DNA of 64,000 bases. Source: Candidatus Eiseniibacteriota bacterium (GTDB lineage: Bacteria > Eisenbacteria > RBG-16-71-46). Shown here piece after piece: positions 31,464 through 41,628 of this stretch (within the stretch, counting starts at the first letter, position 1; each line of letters begins with the position of its first letter). The position numbers and the translations under genes are program-made. The stretch is from contig CAVUWA010000002.1 in assembly GCA_963744995.1 (NCBI GenBank), positions 1,152,001 to 1,216,000 on the forward strand. Direction: 5' to 3'. Under the pieces are notes generated by a model. It searched no databases. It was not told the DNA's origin and was given only the letters and a program-made list of their open reading frames with translations.

Positions 31464-32077
31464 TGGCGCGTGAGGGTCTGGAACGGCTCTGGTCGCCCTG
31501 GCGCATGAAGTACATCCGCAAGGCCGACGCGCCCGCCGGCTGCCTGTTCTGCCGCGTGCAGCGTGCGCGTGCCGATCGTCCGCACCTGGTGCTCGCGCGC
31601 CGCCCCGCGGCGCTGCTGATGCTCAATCGCTTTCCCTACAACCCCGGGCATCTGATGGTCGCGGTGCGGCGTCACGTGGCGCGGTTCACCGATCTGACGC
31701 CGCCCGAGCGCGACGATCTCGTCGCGCTCACCGGCCTCGCGGAGCGGGCGCTCGAAATCGAGTACGAGCCGCACGGGATGAACTACGGTCTCAACGTCGG
31801 CCGGGTGGCCGGCGCCGGCTTCCCGGGGCATCTGCATCTGCACCTGGTGCCGCGCTGGAACGGCGACACCAACTTCATGACGGCGGTGGCCGGCACGCGC
31901 GTGCTGCCGGAGTCGCTGGGGGCGACGTGGACACGCCTGCGCCGCGCGGTGCGCCGGCTCGAGGCCGCGCCGCCACGGCGGACCAGGGCGAAGGACGCGC
32001 CCGTTCGCGCGCGCCGCGGCGCCGCGAAGCGATCCGCCCCCGGGCGCCGCCGGCGCGCGCGCGCGGGGAAGCGCTGA
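31463..32077 (+). CDS. HIT family hydrolase
   Basis: LWSPWR, CLFC, NRFPYNPGHL, HLHLHLVPRW. Confidence 0.9.
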   Translation: MAREGLERLWSPWRMKYIRKADAPAGCLFCRVQRARADRPHLVLARRPAALLMLNRFPYNPGHLMVAVRRHVARFTDLTPPERDDLVALTGLAERALEIEYEPHGMNYGLNVGRVAGAGFPGHLHLHLVPRWNGDTNFMTAVAGTRVLPESLGATWTRLRRAVRRLEAAPPRRTRAKDAPVRARRGAAKRSAPGRRRRARAGKR

Positions 32078-32079
32078 CC

Positions 32080-32502
32080 GTGGCGCGGCGCCGGTCCCTG
32101 GCCCCGCGCATCGCGCTCTGGAGCCTCGGCGTGCTGGTGACGGCGCTCGTCGTCTCCTGGGCGTGGGCGCAATTCCTGATGCGCGACGGCAGCCCGCGCA
32201 TCGGCCCCGCCGGCCGGGTGATCCGCGTGCAGGTGCTCAACGGCTCGGGCGAGGAGGGGGCTGCGTCGCGGACCGCCTCGTTCCTGCGCTCGGGCGGGTA
32301 TCACGTCGTCGAGGTCCGCAACGCCGACCGCTTCGACTACTTCGCGACGCTGGTCGTGGCCCGCACCGAGGACGGGGCCGCGGCACGGGAAGTGGCCCAT
32401 TATCTGGGCCGTCCGCCGGTGGTGCGACAGGCGTGGAATTCCGATCTGGCCGAGGTTACAGTCGTCATCGGGCGTGACCGGAGCCGGCTCCGGTTGCAGT
32501 AG
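32080..32502 (+). CDS. LytR C-terminal domain protein
   Basis: TM anchor, VQVLNGSG, NAD, VTVVIGRD. Confidence 0.8.
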   Translation: MARRRSLAPRIALWSLGVLVTALVVSWAWAQFLMRDGSPRIGPAGRVIRVQVLNGSGEEGAASRTASFLRSGGYHVVEVRNADRFDYFATLVVARTEDGAAAREVAHYLGRPPVVRQAWNSDLAEVTVVIGRDRSRLRLQ

Positions 32503-32588
32503 TCTCAGACAGGGCGTCCGCCGGCGCCGTGTCCGCTCCAGATCGGAGCGGCGGGCGGCCGGGATGCGGGCGTTCCGGGGAGGTCAAA

Positions 32589-32792
32589 GTGTTCGGTTTG
32601 GGCGGCGCTGAAGTCGGGATCCTGTTCCTGATCATCCTGCTGATCTTCGGTCCGAGCCAGATTCCGAAAATGGCGCGCGGGCTCGGGCAGGCGCTGCGGG
32701 AGTTCCGCAAGGCGCAGCGGGAGATCACGGACGAAATGAATCGCGACGAGCCGCAGGACGAGAAGAACAAGACCAACAAGCCCATCGAATGA
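32589..32792 (+). CDS. tatA: Twin-arginine translocase TatA/E
   Basis: GGAGG RBS, GTG start; FGLGGAE, LIFGPSQIP, LGQALREFRK. Confidence 0.92.
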   Translation: MFGLGGAEVGILFLIILLIFGPSQIPKMARGLGQALREFRKAQREITDEMNRDEPQDEKNKTNKPIE

Positions 32793-32942
32793 TGTCGGTG
32801 CCGGGCGCGGGGCCGCCCGCGGCCGTGGATCGGACCGGTGCACGTCGCGCACCATCGGCGCGGCGTGGCCCCGGGGCGAAAACGACTCGAGCGCGGCGCC
32901 CCGGGGCGCCGCGCTCGTCGTTCGTCCTGTTCGCAAACGGCG

Positions 32943-34757
32943 TCAGCGGCCGGTGCGCATGTCCTCGACCTTCACGCCCTGGCGGATGTCGGCCATCAGC
33001 CCGCTGAGGAAGCTCTGCTGGCGCCGCTGCAGGATCTGGTTCACGAGCTGCGGCTTGGCCGCATCGAGGCTGTCGAGATCCGCCGGCGTACGGTGCTGGA
33101 CCTGAACGAAATACCAGCCGTTGAGACCGCGCAGCGGCCCCTCGACCTGTCCCTCGGGCGCCGCGTACAGCGCCGCCATCACCTCGGGAATGCCGGCGAC
33201 GCGGCCGTCCGGCTGGCTCCGCGTCATGCCGTGCAGCTCGAAGGACGTGGCGCCGTTCGCCCGCGCCGCCTGGTCGAGCGATCTGCCGGCCGCCACCGCC
33301 TTGGCGATTGCGTCGGCGCGCGGCCTGGCCGCCTCGATGCGCAGGTTCATCTCCGCGACCTGACGAAGCTGAGCCATCACGTCTTCCTTCGCCATCGGGC
33401 CCGGCTCATGCACCTTCTTGACCTGCACCACGCACCAGTCGTCGATGCCCTCGAACACCGGGCTCACTTCGTTGAGCTTGGCGGTGAGCGCCCACTCCGC
33501 GGCCTCGGGCACGCTGTACAGCTCCGTCGGCGGCTGCGCGAAGCCGAAGTAGCCGGTGGTCGTGGTCGTCGCCCCGATGTCCGTGGCGGCGCGGCCGAGG
33601 CTGGTCGATGCGGCCTTGTCGCGCACCTTCTGCATCTCCTGGAACTGGTCGCGCTGCGTCTGCGGGTCGGGGCGGATCTTGAGCACGATCTGCGCGACCT
33701 TCACGGTCGCCAGCTCCGGTGAGGCCGCACCCGGGGTGCGCTCGAGCAGCTTGAAGATCATGAAGCGGCCGCCGTCGCGGAACGGCTCCGCAACCTCGCC
33801 GGGCTGGAGCTTGGCGATCACCGGGGCGAGCTGCGGTCCGAATTCACGCGGCTGGAACATGCGGTCCACCACGCCGCCGTTCTCGGCGCCCGGACCTTCG
33901 GAGTAGTCGCGGGCGAGCACGGCGAAGTCCTCGCCCTGGCGCGCGCGCTGCACGAGGCTGTTGGCGAGATCCTGGGCGGACTTCACTTCGAGATCGCCGT
34001 ACTTCTTCGGCGAGAGCAGCACCTCGACCTGCACCTGTTTGGGCGTGCAGAAGAAGCCCTTGCGCATCTCGTAGGCGCTGTCGATCGCGGCGTCGGTGAC
34101 CTCGACCTGGCCTTCGTAGGAGGGGAGGATCTGCACGATGCGCGCGTCCACCTTCTCGTGGGCGTCGCGGAAGGCCTGCACCAGCTCCGGCTCGGAGAGC
34201 TTGATCGACGCCAGCAGCCTTTCCTGAAGTTTGCGGATCGGCAGCTGGTCGCGGACCAGCGCCTCGAAGGGCGCCCAGTTCATGTTCGGGTCGCGCAGCG
34301 CCTGGGTGTACTTCTGCGGATCGAACTTGCCGTCGGTCTGGAACGCCGGCGCGGTCATCAGCATCTGCGGCGGGGAGGTCTTCATCGCCAGCACGACCTC
34401 GGGGTCGGTGGCGTGCAGGCCCATCTCCCGCGCATCCGTCTTGAGGATCGACTGCGTCACCAGATTCCGCCAGGTCATCATCTCGACCAGCTTGACGTCG
34501 CGGTCGGCGGGCTCGACGCCGTACTGCTGGCGGTAGAGGTCACGCTGTTCCTGGAGCGCGTTCGCGTATGCCTGGCGCGAGATCGGGTGGCCGTCCACCA
34601 TTCCCACCGCGCCGACCGACGAGCCGCGGAAACCGGACGAGAAGCCCGAGCCGAGGATGAACACGAAGCCGCCGACGAACGTGACGATGGTGACGATCGC
34701 CAGCGCCCACCAGATCGTCTGGGTTTTCTTACTCTTGGAGCGGAAGAAGCCGAGCAT
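32943..34757 (-). CDS. Membrane-anchored SurA-N/parvulin chaperone (PpiD-like)
   Basis: N-terminal TM, FQTDGKFD, FAVLARDYSEGPGAENGG parvulin motif. Confidence 0.85.
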   Translation of the reverse strand: MLGFFRSKSKKTQTIWWALAIVTIVTFVGGFVFILGSGFSSGFRGSSVGAVGMVDGHPISRQAYANALQEQRDLYRQQYGVEPADRDVKLVEMMTWRNLVTQSILKTDAREMGLHATDPEVVLAMKTSPPQMLMTAPAFQTDGKFDPQKYTQALRDPNMNWAPFEALVRDQLPIRKLQERLLASIKLSEPELVQAFRDAHEKVDARIVQILPSYEGQVEVTDAAIDSAYEMRKGFFCTPKQVQVEVLLSPKKYGDLEVKSAQDLANSLVQRARQGEDFAVLARDYSEGPGAENGGVVDRMFQPREFGPQLAPVIAKLQPGEVAEPFRDGGRFMIFKLLERTPGAASPELATVKVAQIVLKIRPDPQTQRDQFQEMQKVRDKAASTSLGRAATDIGATTTTTGYFGFAQPPTELYSVPEAAEWALTAKLNEVSPVFEGIDDWCVVQVKKVHEPGPMAKEDVMAQLRQVAEMNLRIEAARPRADAIAKAVAAGRSLDQAARANGATSFELHGMTRSQPDGRVAGIPEVMAALYAAPEGQVEGPLRGLNGWYFVQVQHRTPADLDSLDAAKPQLVNQILQRRQQSFLSGLMADIRQGVKVEDMRTGR

Positions 34758-34947
34758 TCAAGGACTCCGGAAAGCCGTGGAGAAGGGTGGACCCCGGTGT
34801 TGCGCGCGGCCCGGGAGTCTACCAGCGGGGCGCGCGGCCGGACAACCGGCCGGAGCATGGACGCGCGATCCGGGCCGCCGGGCCGAAACGGCGCAAAACA
34901 CGAACGGGGCGAGCCGATGGGCCCGCCCCGACGGTGCCTGAAGACCG

Positions 34948-34977
34948 AGAATCGAACGGAGCCGCCATGCGGCTCCG
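34948..34977 (-). terminator. Intrinsic terminator of the small secreted peptide gene
   Basis: cggagccgc-N3-gcggctccg stem, followed on the minus strand by TTCGATTCT. Confidence 0.55.
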
Positions 34978-34985
34978 CGTGTCCG

Positions 34986-35252
34986 CTAGTTCAAGAAGGA
35001 GACCTTGCTGTACCAGTAGAGATAGTCGAAGAAGCGGTTGTAGTCGAAGTACTGCCCGAAGAAGTCGCCGCTCTTCCCCTGAGCGTCCAGCTGGGTCACG
35101 GGACGCAGCTGTCCCAGGGTCTGCATCTGCTGCCGCTTGATGCTCACCGTCGTGCCGGACTTTCCGGTGTCGGCGGACGACACGGCAGCGACCGCCGCGC
35201 TCAGAACGATTGCCATCATGGCGACCATCAGCACACGAGTGAAACGGTTCAT
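34986..35252 (-). CDS. 88-aa secreted peptide with aromatic-rich C-terminus
   Basis: TAAGGAGG RBS, MNRFTRVLMVAMMAIVLSAAVAAVSSA signal peptide, own terminator. Confidence 0.75.
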   Translation of the reverse strand: MNRFTRVLMVAMMAIVLSAAVAAVSSADTGKSGTTVSIKRQQMQTLGQLRPVTQLDAQGKSGDFFGQYFDYNRFFDYLYWYSKVSFLN

Positions 35253-35467
35253 CGATTCCTCCTTAGGGGGTTCAGGCACGTCGCGAGACGTATAGCAAGA
35301 TTTCGGGGCGGCGCAAACCGTCGAAGCGCTCGGCCCGCGCCGCGGCGCCCCGGGGGGGCGCGGCCGCCCGGCGAACCGCTTGCCATTGCGCAAGAAGCAT
35401 TGCGGGCCGCGGGACCCTGTGCTACCCATAGCCGAACCACGCAGCGACCACGGAGGGAACGCTTCCC

Positions 35468-36562
35468 ATGCGCAGCGAAGCACCGAGCAGGACCGCCGAG
35501 TCCGAGGGCGCCGTGCTGGCGAACGAGCTGCCGACCCGCGTGCTCGATGCGCTCGAGCAGGGCGTCGTGGCGCTCGACCGGGAGCGCCGTGTGGTCTACA
35601 TGAACCGGCGCATCGAGGAGTTGCTCGGGGTCGAAGAAGGAGCGCTCGTCGGCACGCCGGCCGGCAAGATCTTCACCGGCGCCGAGGCCCGCTGGCTCAA
35701 GGGCAACATGCGCGAGGCGCGCGAGTTCCGGTTCGAGACCGAAGGTCGCCAGCTGACCCTCAAGGCCGAAGCGGTGCCGATGCGCAATCCCGAGGGCGAG
35801 GCGACCGGATCGGTCGTGCTCGCCGAAACGATCTCCGAAACGGAAGACGGCGAGTTCCACAAGCGCATCGACCGCCTGGTGTCGCTCGGCGAGTTGTCGG
35901 CGTACGTCGCCCACGAGATCCGCAACCCGCTGACGGGCATTCGCACCACGGTCCAGTTCGTGTCCTCGAAGCTCAAACCGGGCGACTCGCGCCGCGAGGA
36001 CCTGGACGACGTGATCACGGAGCTCGATCGCATCGAGCAGATCATCACCGGCCTGCTGCTGTTCGCGCGCCCGCCCGAAGCGAGCCCGCAGCCCTGTGAC
36101 CTGCACCAGGTGCTCGACAAGACGTTGGCGATGCTCGACGGCCAGCTCGGCGACGCCAGCGTGACGCTGGTGCGTGAGTATCTCGACGATCTGCCGATGG
36201 TCTACGCCGACCCGGACCTCACCCAGCAGGTGTTCCTCAACCTGTGCCTGAACGCGATCCAGGCCATGCCCGAGGGCGGCGAGATCCGGATCGCGACGGG
36301 CGTGCGGCGCTATCGTACGCGGCGCTCGATGGTCGACGTGTCGATCAGCGACACCGGCGTCGGAATTCCCAGGGACCTGCTCGAGAAGGTGTTCGATCCG
36401 TTCTTCACGACCCGCTCGCTCGGCACCGGCCTCGGGCTCTCGATCTCGGTGCAGATCATGCGCGAGGTCGGCGGGGTGATCACCGCCCGCAACAACGCCG
36501 GTGGCGGCGCGACGCTGCGCGTGTCGTTCCCGCTGCCGTCCGAGAACCGGGGCGAGGAGTAA
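35468..36562 (+). CDS. Cytoplasmic PAS sensor histidine kinase (NtrB-like)
   Basis: PAS-like N-terminus, AHEIRNPL, NAIQAM, DTGVGI, FDPFFTT, GTGLGL; no TM segment. Confidence 0.92.
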   Translation: MRSEAPSRTAESEGAVLANELPTRVLDALEQGVVALDRERRVVYMNRRIEELLGVEEGALVGTPAGKIFTGAEARWLKGNMREAREFRFETEGRQLTLKAEAVPMRNPEGEATGSVVLAETISETEDGEFHKRIDRLVSLGELSAYVAHEIRNPLTGIRTTVQFVSSKLKPGDSRREDLDDVITELDRIEQIITGLLLFARPPEASPQPCDLHQVLDKTLAMLDGQLGDASVTLVREYLDDLPMVYADPDLTQQVFLNLCLNAIQAMPEGGEIRIATGVRRYRTRRSMVDVSISDTGVGIPRDLLEKVFDPFFTTRSLGTGLGLSISVQIMREVGGVITARNNAGGGATLRVSFPLPSENRGEE

Positions 36563-36565
36563 GGC

Positions 36566-37951
36566 GTGAAGCTCTCGGTGCTGGTCGTCGACGACGAGGT
36601 CCTGATCCGCAAATCCCTCTCCAAGGTGCTGCGCGCGCGCGGCTACATGGTCGACGTGGCCAGCAACGGCGCCGAAGGACTCGAGAAGGCGGCCGCCGTC
36701 CGCCCGCAGGTGATGATCCTCGACATGCGGCTGCCGGACGCCGACGGCCTGTCGGTGCTGCGCAAGGTGCGCGAATCCGACGCGCTCCTGCAGGTCATCG
36801 TCATCACCGCCTTCGGCGACGTGCAGAGCGCGGTCGAAGCGATGAAACTCGGCGCCTGTGACTTCCTGCGCAAGCCGTACGAAATGGAGGACATCGTGCT
36901 GGCCGTCGAGGCCGCCGGGCGCACGTTCCGGCAGGCGAGCGAACTGGATCTCTACCGCCGCCGGGCCTGGAAGGACTATTCGGACGAGGAGATCATCGGC
37001 AAGTCCGTGCCGATGGTCGAGGTTCGCGACCTGATCGAGAAGCTGGTGCGCAGCCAGGCGACCTCGGTGCTGATCACCGGCGAGAGCGGCACCGGCAAGG
37101 AACTGGTCGCCCGGGCGATTCATTACCGCAGCGACCGCGCGCAGGCGCCGCTGATGGAGGTGAACTGCTCGTCGTTCAACGAAAACCTGCTCGAGAACGA
37201 ACTGTTCGGCCACGAGCGCGGCGCCTACACCGACGCCGGCGAGACCAAGAAGGGCCTGGTCGAGCTCTGTGACGGCGGCACGCTGTTCCTGGACGAGGTC
37301 GCCGACATGTCGATGCCGACACAGGCGAAGCTCCTGCGTTTCATCGATCATCGCAACTTCAAGCGTGTCGGCGGCGCGGAGGACATCTCCGTCGACATCC
37401 GCATCGTCGCGGCGACCAACAAGAATCTCGAGGCCGAGGTGCGCGCGGGGAACTTCCGCAGCGATCTCTACTTCCGGCTCAAGGTGGTGAGCATCCATCT
37501 GCCCGCCCTGCGCAGCCGCAGCGACGACGTGCTGCTGCTCGCCGATCATTTCCTGCGCGAGTTCTCGCGCAAGTTCCAGAAGCAGTTCATGAAGGTCTCG
37601 CCCGAGGTCGAGCAGATCCTGCGAGGCTATGCGTGGCCCGGGAACGTGCGCGAACTGCGCAACCTCATCGAACGCGTGGTGCTGCTCGAAGAGGGAGAGG
37701 CCCTGACGACCGCGCACCTGCCCGGCGAGCTGCTCGGGCGCTCGCGTCCGGAGGCGGCGAACGCGTCGCGCGACGCGATCGCCGTGCCCACGCTCGCCGA
37801 GATGGAAGCCGATCACATCAGCGAGGTGCTGCGACTGACCGATGGCAACAAGAGCCGTGCAGCGCGCATCCTCGGCATCTCGCGCCAGGGATTGATCGAG
37901 AAGCTGCGGCGTCTGCGCCTCGACGACCCGATCGGTCGTCAAGTTTCTTGA
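36566..37951 (+). CDS. Sigma-54-dependent response regulator (REC-AAA+-Fis HTH)
   Basis: VVDDE, LDMRLP, GESGTGKE, GAYTDA, FLDEV, WPGNVREL, AARILGISR. Confidence 0.95.
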   Translation: MKLSVLVVDDEVLIRKSLSKVLRARGYMVDVASNGAEGLEKAAAVRPQVMILDMRLPDADGLSVLRKVRESDALLQVIVITAFGDVQSAVEAMKLGACDFLRKPYEMEDIVLAVEAAGRTFRQASELDLYRRRAWKDYSDEEIIGKSVPMVEVRDLIEKLVRSQATSVLITGESGTGKELVARAIHYRSDRAQAPLMEVNCSSFNENLLENELFGHERGAYTDAGETKKGLVELCDGGTLFLDEVADMSMPTQAKLLRFIDHRNFKRVGGAEDISVDIRIVAATNKNLEAEVRAGNFRSDLYFRLKVVSIHLPALRSRSDDVLLLADHFLREFSRKFQKQFMKVSPEVEQILRGYAWPGNVRELRNLIERVVLLEEGEALTTAHLPGELLGRSRPEAANASRDAIAVPTLAEMEADHISEVLRLTDGNKSRAARILGISRQGLIEKLRRLRLDDPIGRQVS

Positions 37952-37953
37952 CA
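37937..37953. promoter_or_regulatory. Palindromic putative enhancer (UAS)
   Basis: cGTCAAG-TTT-CTTGACa, about 210 nt upstream of the sigma-54 motif. Confidence 0.45.
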
Positions 37954-38164
37954 CCCACCAGGAAGTAGACAGTATTTCTCATCGCGATGCCGCACAACGG
38001 GTTACGCATCGTGCGAGCGTCCATCTCCCACGAAAATAGACACTTACACCGCTTTTCCACGCCGTTTTCCCCACCCTCCGGATGCCCTCGCGGCGCGGTT
38101 CGAGTCACGCAGCGTTCAATGTGACATCACGTTACGCGATCCGGCCGGGGCGATGATCCCGTCG

Positions 38165-38180
38165 TGGCATGAGCCGTGCT
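38165..38180 (+). promoter_or_regulatory. Putative sigma-54 promoter
   Basis: TGGCATG-AGCC-GTGCT; exact GG-N10-GC spacing. Confidence 0.65.
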
Positions 38181-38327
38181 TCTCTAAAAACGACGCGACC
38201 ATGGAGGGTGCTCTTCGAGCGCCCGGAGGCCATTGGTCGGGCCGGTGCAGCGCACCGGCCTGAACGAGTGGTTCCGTGAAGCGTTGCTTCACAGGATGAA
38301 GTCAGCGCCTCGAGGAGGTGATCGCTA

Positions 38328-38411
38328 ATGGCGAAGAAGAAGAAGGCCGCTAAGAAGAAGAAGGCCGCCAAGAAGGGTACGAAGAAGAAGGCGGCGCGCA
38401 AGAAGAAGTAA
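38328..38411 (+). CDS. 27-aa Lys/Ala-rich basic micropeptide (histone H1/protamine-like composition)
   Basis: GGAGGTGA RBS; MAKKKKAAKKKKAAKKGTKKKAARKKK*; all 16 Lys encoded by AAG; followed by a terminator. Confidence 0.75.
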   Translation: MAKKKKAAKKKKAAKKGTKKKAARKKK

Positions 38412-38437
38412 CGATCATAGGACCTGGCACGTCCTCA

Positions 38438-38478
38438 GGGGATTGGTCGTCCTTGCGTCGGCCAGTCCCCTTACTTTT
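38438..38478 (+). terminator. Intrinsic terminator
   Basis: ggggattggtcg...cggccagtcccc stem (with G-U pairs), then TTACTTTT. Confidence 0.7.
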
Positions 38479-38787
38479 CAACCTCGCTCCGCTGCAGTAC
38501 CCGAGGACATGAGTTCATCCCCCAGCCGAAATCCGAAGCCGTCCCGCGCCCGTCGTTCGCACGGGCCCGAGGCGGCTTCGTTCCTGTCGGGGCCATGTCC
38601 GGCCGGGATCCTCCGGTGGCTGGAGGCCGCGCGCTAAGGCTGGCCCACTGGGCTCTCCAGTTCGCCGCAACGGCCCGGGCACGGATGCCCGGGCCGCTGC
38701 GTTTCCGGCGCACCCGGCGCACGGACGTGGCCCGGTGTATAGTCGCCGCCTTCGCGGCCGCACGACCGCGAGCCCCGAGGCCCCGAC

Positions 38788-41586
38788 TTGGACGACCACG
38801 CGATACGCCCGGGCGCGCCCATCGAGGTGCGCGGCGCCCGCCAGCACAATCTCCGCAACATCGACGTCGACATCCCGCGCGGCGGCCTGACGGTCGTCAC
38901 CGGCGTGTCCGGTTCGGGGAAGTCCTCGCTCGCCTTCGATACGCTCTACGCCGAGGGGCAGCGCCGTTACGTCGAGTCGGTGTCGACTTACGCCCGGCAG
39001 TTCCTCGACCGCCTGCCCCGTCCCGACGTGGACGTCATCCACGGGCTCATGCCGGCGGTGGCGATCCGTCAGGTTTCCGCGGCACGCAGCGCGCGCTCGA
39101 CGGTGGGCACCGCGACCGAGATCCACGACTACCTGCGTCTGCTGTTCGCCCGGCTCGGCACGGTGCACTGCGGCACGTGCGGGGAGCCGGTGCGCGCCGA
39201 CAGTCCCGAGCGGGTCGTTCAGGAGAGCGCCGCATGGGAGGCGGGCGGGCGGCTGCTCGTTCTCGCCGAAAACCCCGCCGTGACGGGCACCGGCTGGAAG
39301 GAGCAGGTGGCGCACCTCGTGAAGGCCGGGTTCACCCGCATCCGGATCCGCGGCGCGGTCGTCGCGCTCGATCCGGCGCCCCGACTGCCGCGCGGGACGA
39401 CATCCGTCGAGCTCGTCATCGACCGGTTCACCTGGCGCGCCGGCGAAGCCCAGCGCCTGGCCGAGGCCGCGGAGCTGGCGTTCCGCCGCGGCGACGGGCG
39501 GCTGCGTCTCGTGCTCGGCGATCGGGATCTCGGCATGCGCAGCGAGCGATGGGAATGCTCGAACTGCGGCGCCGCGGCGCTGCGCCCGGAACCCACGCTG
39601 TTCTCGTTCAACAGCCCCTACGGCGTGTGTCCGGTCTGCCGCGGCTTCGGCAACGTGCTCACGTTCACGCCCGAGCGCATCGTTCCCGATCCGGCGAAGA
39701 CCCTGCGCGAAGGGGCGATCGATCCATGGGCGCGCTCGTGGCGCTCGGTGGCGTGGCCGCGGCTGCAGAAATTCGCCGCGGCCGAGGACATTCCGCTCGA
39801 CACGCCCTGGCGTCGCCTCAGCGCCGCGCACCGGCGCCTGCTGCTCGAGGGCGGCAAAGGGTTCCGCGGGGCGATCCCGTTCCTCGAGCGCCTGCAGGCC
39901 AAGTCGTACAAGGCGGGCAATCGCTTCATCGTCAAGCGCTACCAGGAGGCGCTGCCCTGTAGCGCGTGCGGCGGCGCGCGGCTGCGGCCCGAGGCGCTGC
40001 GGGTGCGCCTTGGCGGCCGGCACATCGCGGAAGTCGCGGCGCTGACGGTGCTCGAGGCGGCGGCGTTCGCGGACGCGCTGCCGCTCGATGACTCCGGCCG
40101 GCGGATCGCGGGCCACGTGCTCGGCGAGCTGCGTTCGCGGCTCGAATTCCTCGAACGCGTGGACCTCGGCTACCTCACGCTCGACCGCATGACGCGCACC
40201 CTGTCGGGCGGCGAGGCCCAGCGGATCGAGCTCGCCAACGCGCTGGGTGCGCATCTGGCCGACACGCTGTATGTGCTCGACGAGCCGACCGTGGGTCTGC
40301 ACCCGCGCGATACGGCACGGCTGCTCGAGATCCTCGAATCCCTCGCCGGGCGCGGCAATACGCTCGTGGTGGTGGAGCACGAACCGATGCTGATGCGCGC
40401 CGCCGATCATCTCATCGATCTCGGCCCGGGGGCGGGAGAGCAGGGCGGGCGCATCCTGTTCGCGGGGCCCGGCGCGGCGATCCTCGAGCAGAGGGACTCC
40501 GAAACCGCCGCGTATCTGCGCGGCGAGAAGCAGGTCGGGCGGCGCCGGGCGGACGGCGAGCCGGAGGCGTTCATCGAAGTGCGCGGCGCGCGGCATCACA
40601 ATCTGCAGGGCATCGACGCGCGCTTTCCGATCGGACGGCTGACCGCGGTGACCGGCGTCTCGGGCTCGGGAAAGAGCAGCCTGGTCGAGGACACGCTGTC
40701 GCAGGCGGCGCTGCGTGCGCTCGGCGCCGGCGGCGACGCCCCGCCCGGCGAGCATCGGGAAGTCACCGGGCTCGATGCGATCGAACGCGTGGTGATCGTG
40801 GACCAGTCGCCGATCGGGCGCACGCCGCGCTCGTGCCCGGTGACCTACATCGGCGCCTATACGCGGCTGCGGGAGATCTACGCGCGGCAGCCGGCGGCGC
40901 TCGCGCACGGGCTCAAGGACGGCGCCTTTTCGTTCAACACGCCGGGCGGCCGCTGCGAGCAGTGCCAGGGGGCGGGGTGGGTCACGGTGGAGATGTACTT
41001 CCTCGCCGACCTCATGGTGCCGTGCGAGACCTGCGACGGCGCGCGCTTCCGCCGCGAGGTGCTGGACGTGCGCTATCGCGGGCTCAACATCCGCGAGGCC
41101 CTCGACCTCACTGTGGACCAGGCCTTCGAGCACTTCTCACGCGAGCCGCGCTTCACGCGTCCTCTCCACATCCTGCGGCGCGTCGGGCTCGGCTATCTGC
41201 GTCTCGGTCAGCCGGCGACCCAGCTGTCGGGCGGCGAGGCGCAACGGCTCAAGATCGCGCGTGAGCTCTCCGGCCGCGGCGCCGGACGGGCGCTCTACGT
41301 GCTCGACGAGCCGACCGTGGGCCTGCACTTCGCCGACGTGCAGCGACTGCTCGACGTTCTCGACGACCTCATCGGTCGCGGCGATACCGTGGTGGTCGTC
41401 GAGCACAACCTCGATGTCGTGCGCAACTGCGACTGGATCGTGGATCTCGGGCCCGGCGGGGGCGAGGCGGGCGGCCGCCTGATAGCCGAAGGCCCGCCGG
41501 AGGCCGTCATGGCGGCGTCCGACTCGTGGACGGGCCGATTCCTGAAAGCGGAAGGGATCCGCCGCACCCCGGCGATCTCGCCGTAG
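38788..41586 (+). CDS. uvrA: Excinuclease ABC subunit A family protein
   Basis: Two [11 protein letters not shown]alker A, two [13 protein letters not shown], CxxC zinc fingers; may be a second UvrA paralogue. Confidence 0.92.
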   Translation: MDDHAIRPGAPIEVRGARQHNLRNIDVDIPRGGLTVVTGVSGSGKSSLAFDTLYAEGQRRYVESVSTYARQFLDRLPRPDVDVIHGLMPAVAIRQVSAARSARSTVGTATEIHDYLRLLFARLGTVHCGTCGEPVRADSPERVVQESAAWEAGGRLLVLAENPAVTGTGWKEQVAHLVKAGFTRIRIRGAVVALDPAPRLPRGTTSVELVIDRFTWRAGEAQRLAEAAELAFRRGDGRLRLVLGDRDLGMRSERWECSNCGAAALRPEPTLFSFNSPYGVCPVCRGFGNVLTFTPERIVPDPAKTLREGAIDPWARSWRSVAWPRLQKFAAAEDIPLDTPWRRLSAAHRRLLLEGGKGFRGAIPFLERLQAKSYKAGNRFIVKRYQEALPCSACGGARLRPEALRVRLGGRHIAEVAALTVLEAAAFADALPLDDSGRRIAGHVLGELRSRLEFLERVDLGYLTLDRMTRTLSGGEAQRIELANALGAHLADTLYVLDEPTVGLHPRDTARLLEILESLAGRGNTLVVVEHEPMLMRAADHLIDLGPGAGEQGGRILFAGPGAAILEQRDSETAAYLRGEKQVGRRRADGEPEAFIEVRGARHHNLQGIDARFPIGRLTAVTGVSGSGKSSLVEDTLSQAALRALGAGGDAPPGEHREVTGLDAIERVVIVDQSPIGRTPRSCPVTYIGAYTRLREIYARQPAALAHGLKDGAFSFNTPGGRCEQCQGAGWVTVEMYFLADLMVPCETCDGARFRREVLDVRYRGLNIREALDLTVDQAFEHFSREPRFTRPLHILRRVGLGYLRLGQPATQLSGGEAQRLKIARELSGRGAGRALYVLDEPTVGLHFADVQRLLDVLDDLIGRGDTVVVVEHNLDVVRNCDWIVDLGPGGGEAGGRLIAEGPPEAVMAASDSWTGRFLKAEGIRRTPAISP

Positions 41587-41628
41587 ACCCCGAGGCCGGG
41601 GAAAGACCGCCGCGCGGGCGGCCGCGGC

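Noticed and set aside
35290..35312. Possible sigma-54 promoter for the aromatic peptide (CCCCGAAATCTTGCT)
   Set aside because: No GG at -24; fits an extended -10 (TGcTATAcg) at least as well
38132..38401. Hydrophobic Phe/Ala-rich minus-strand ORF (toxin-like)
   Set aside because: Antisense shadow of the AAG repeats; RBS, promoter and terminator all support the plus strand
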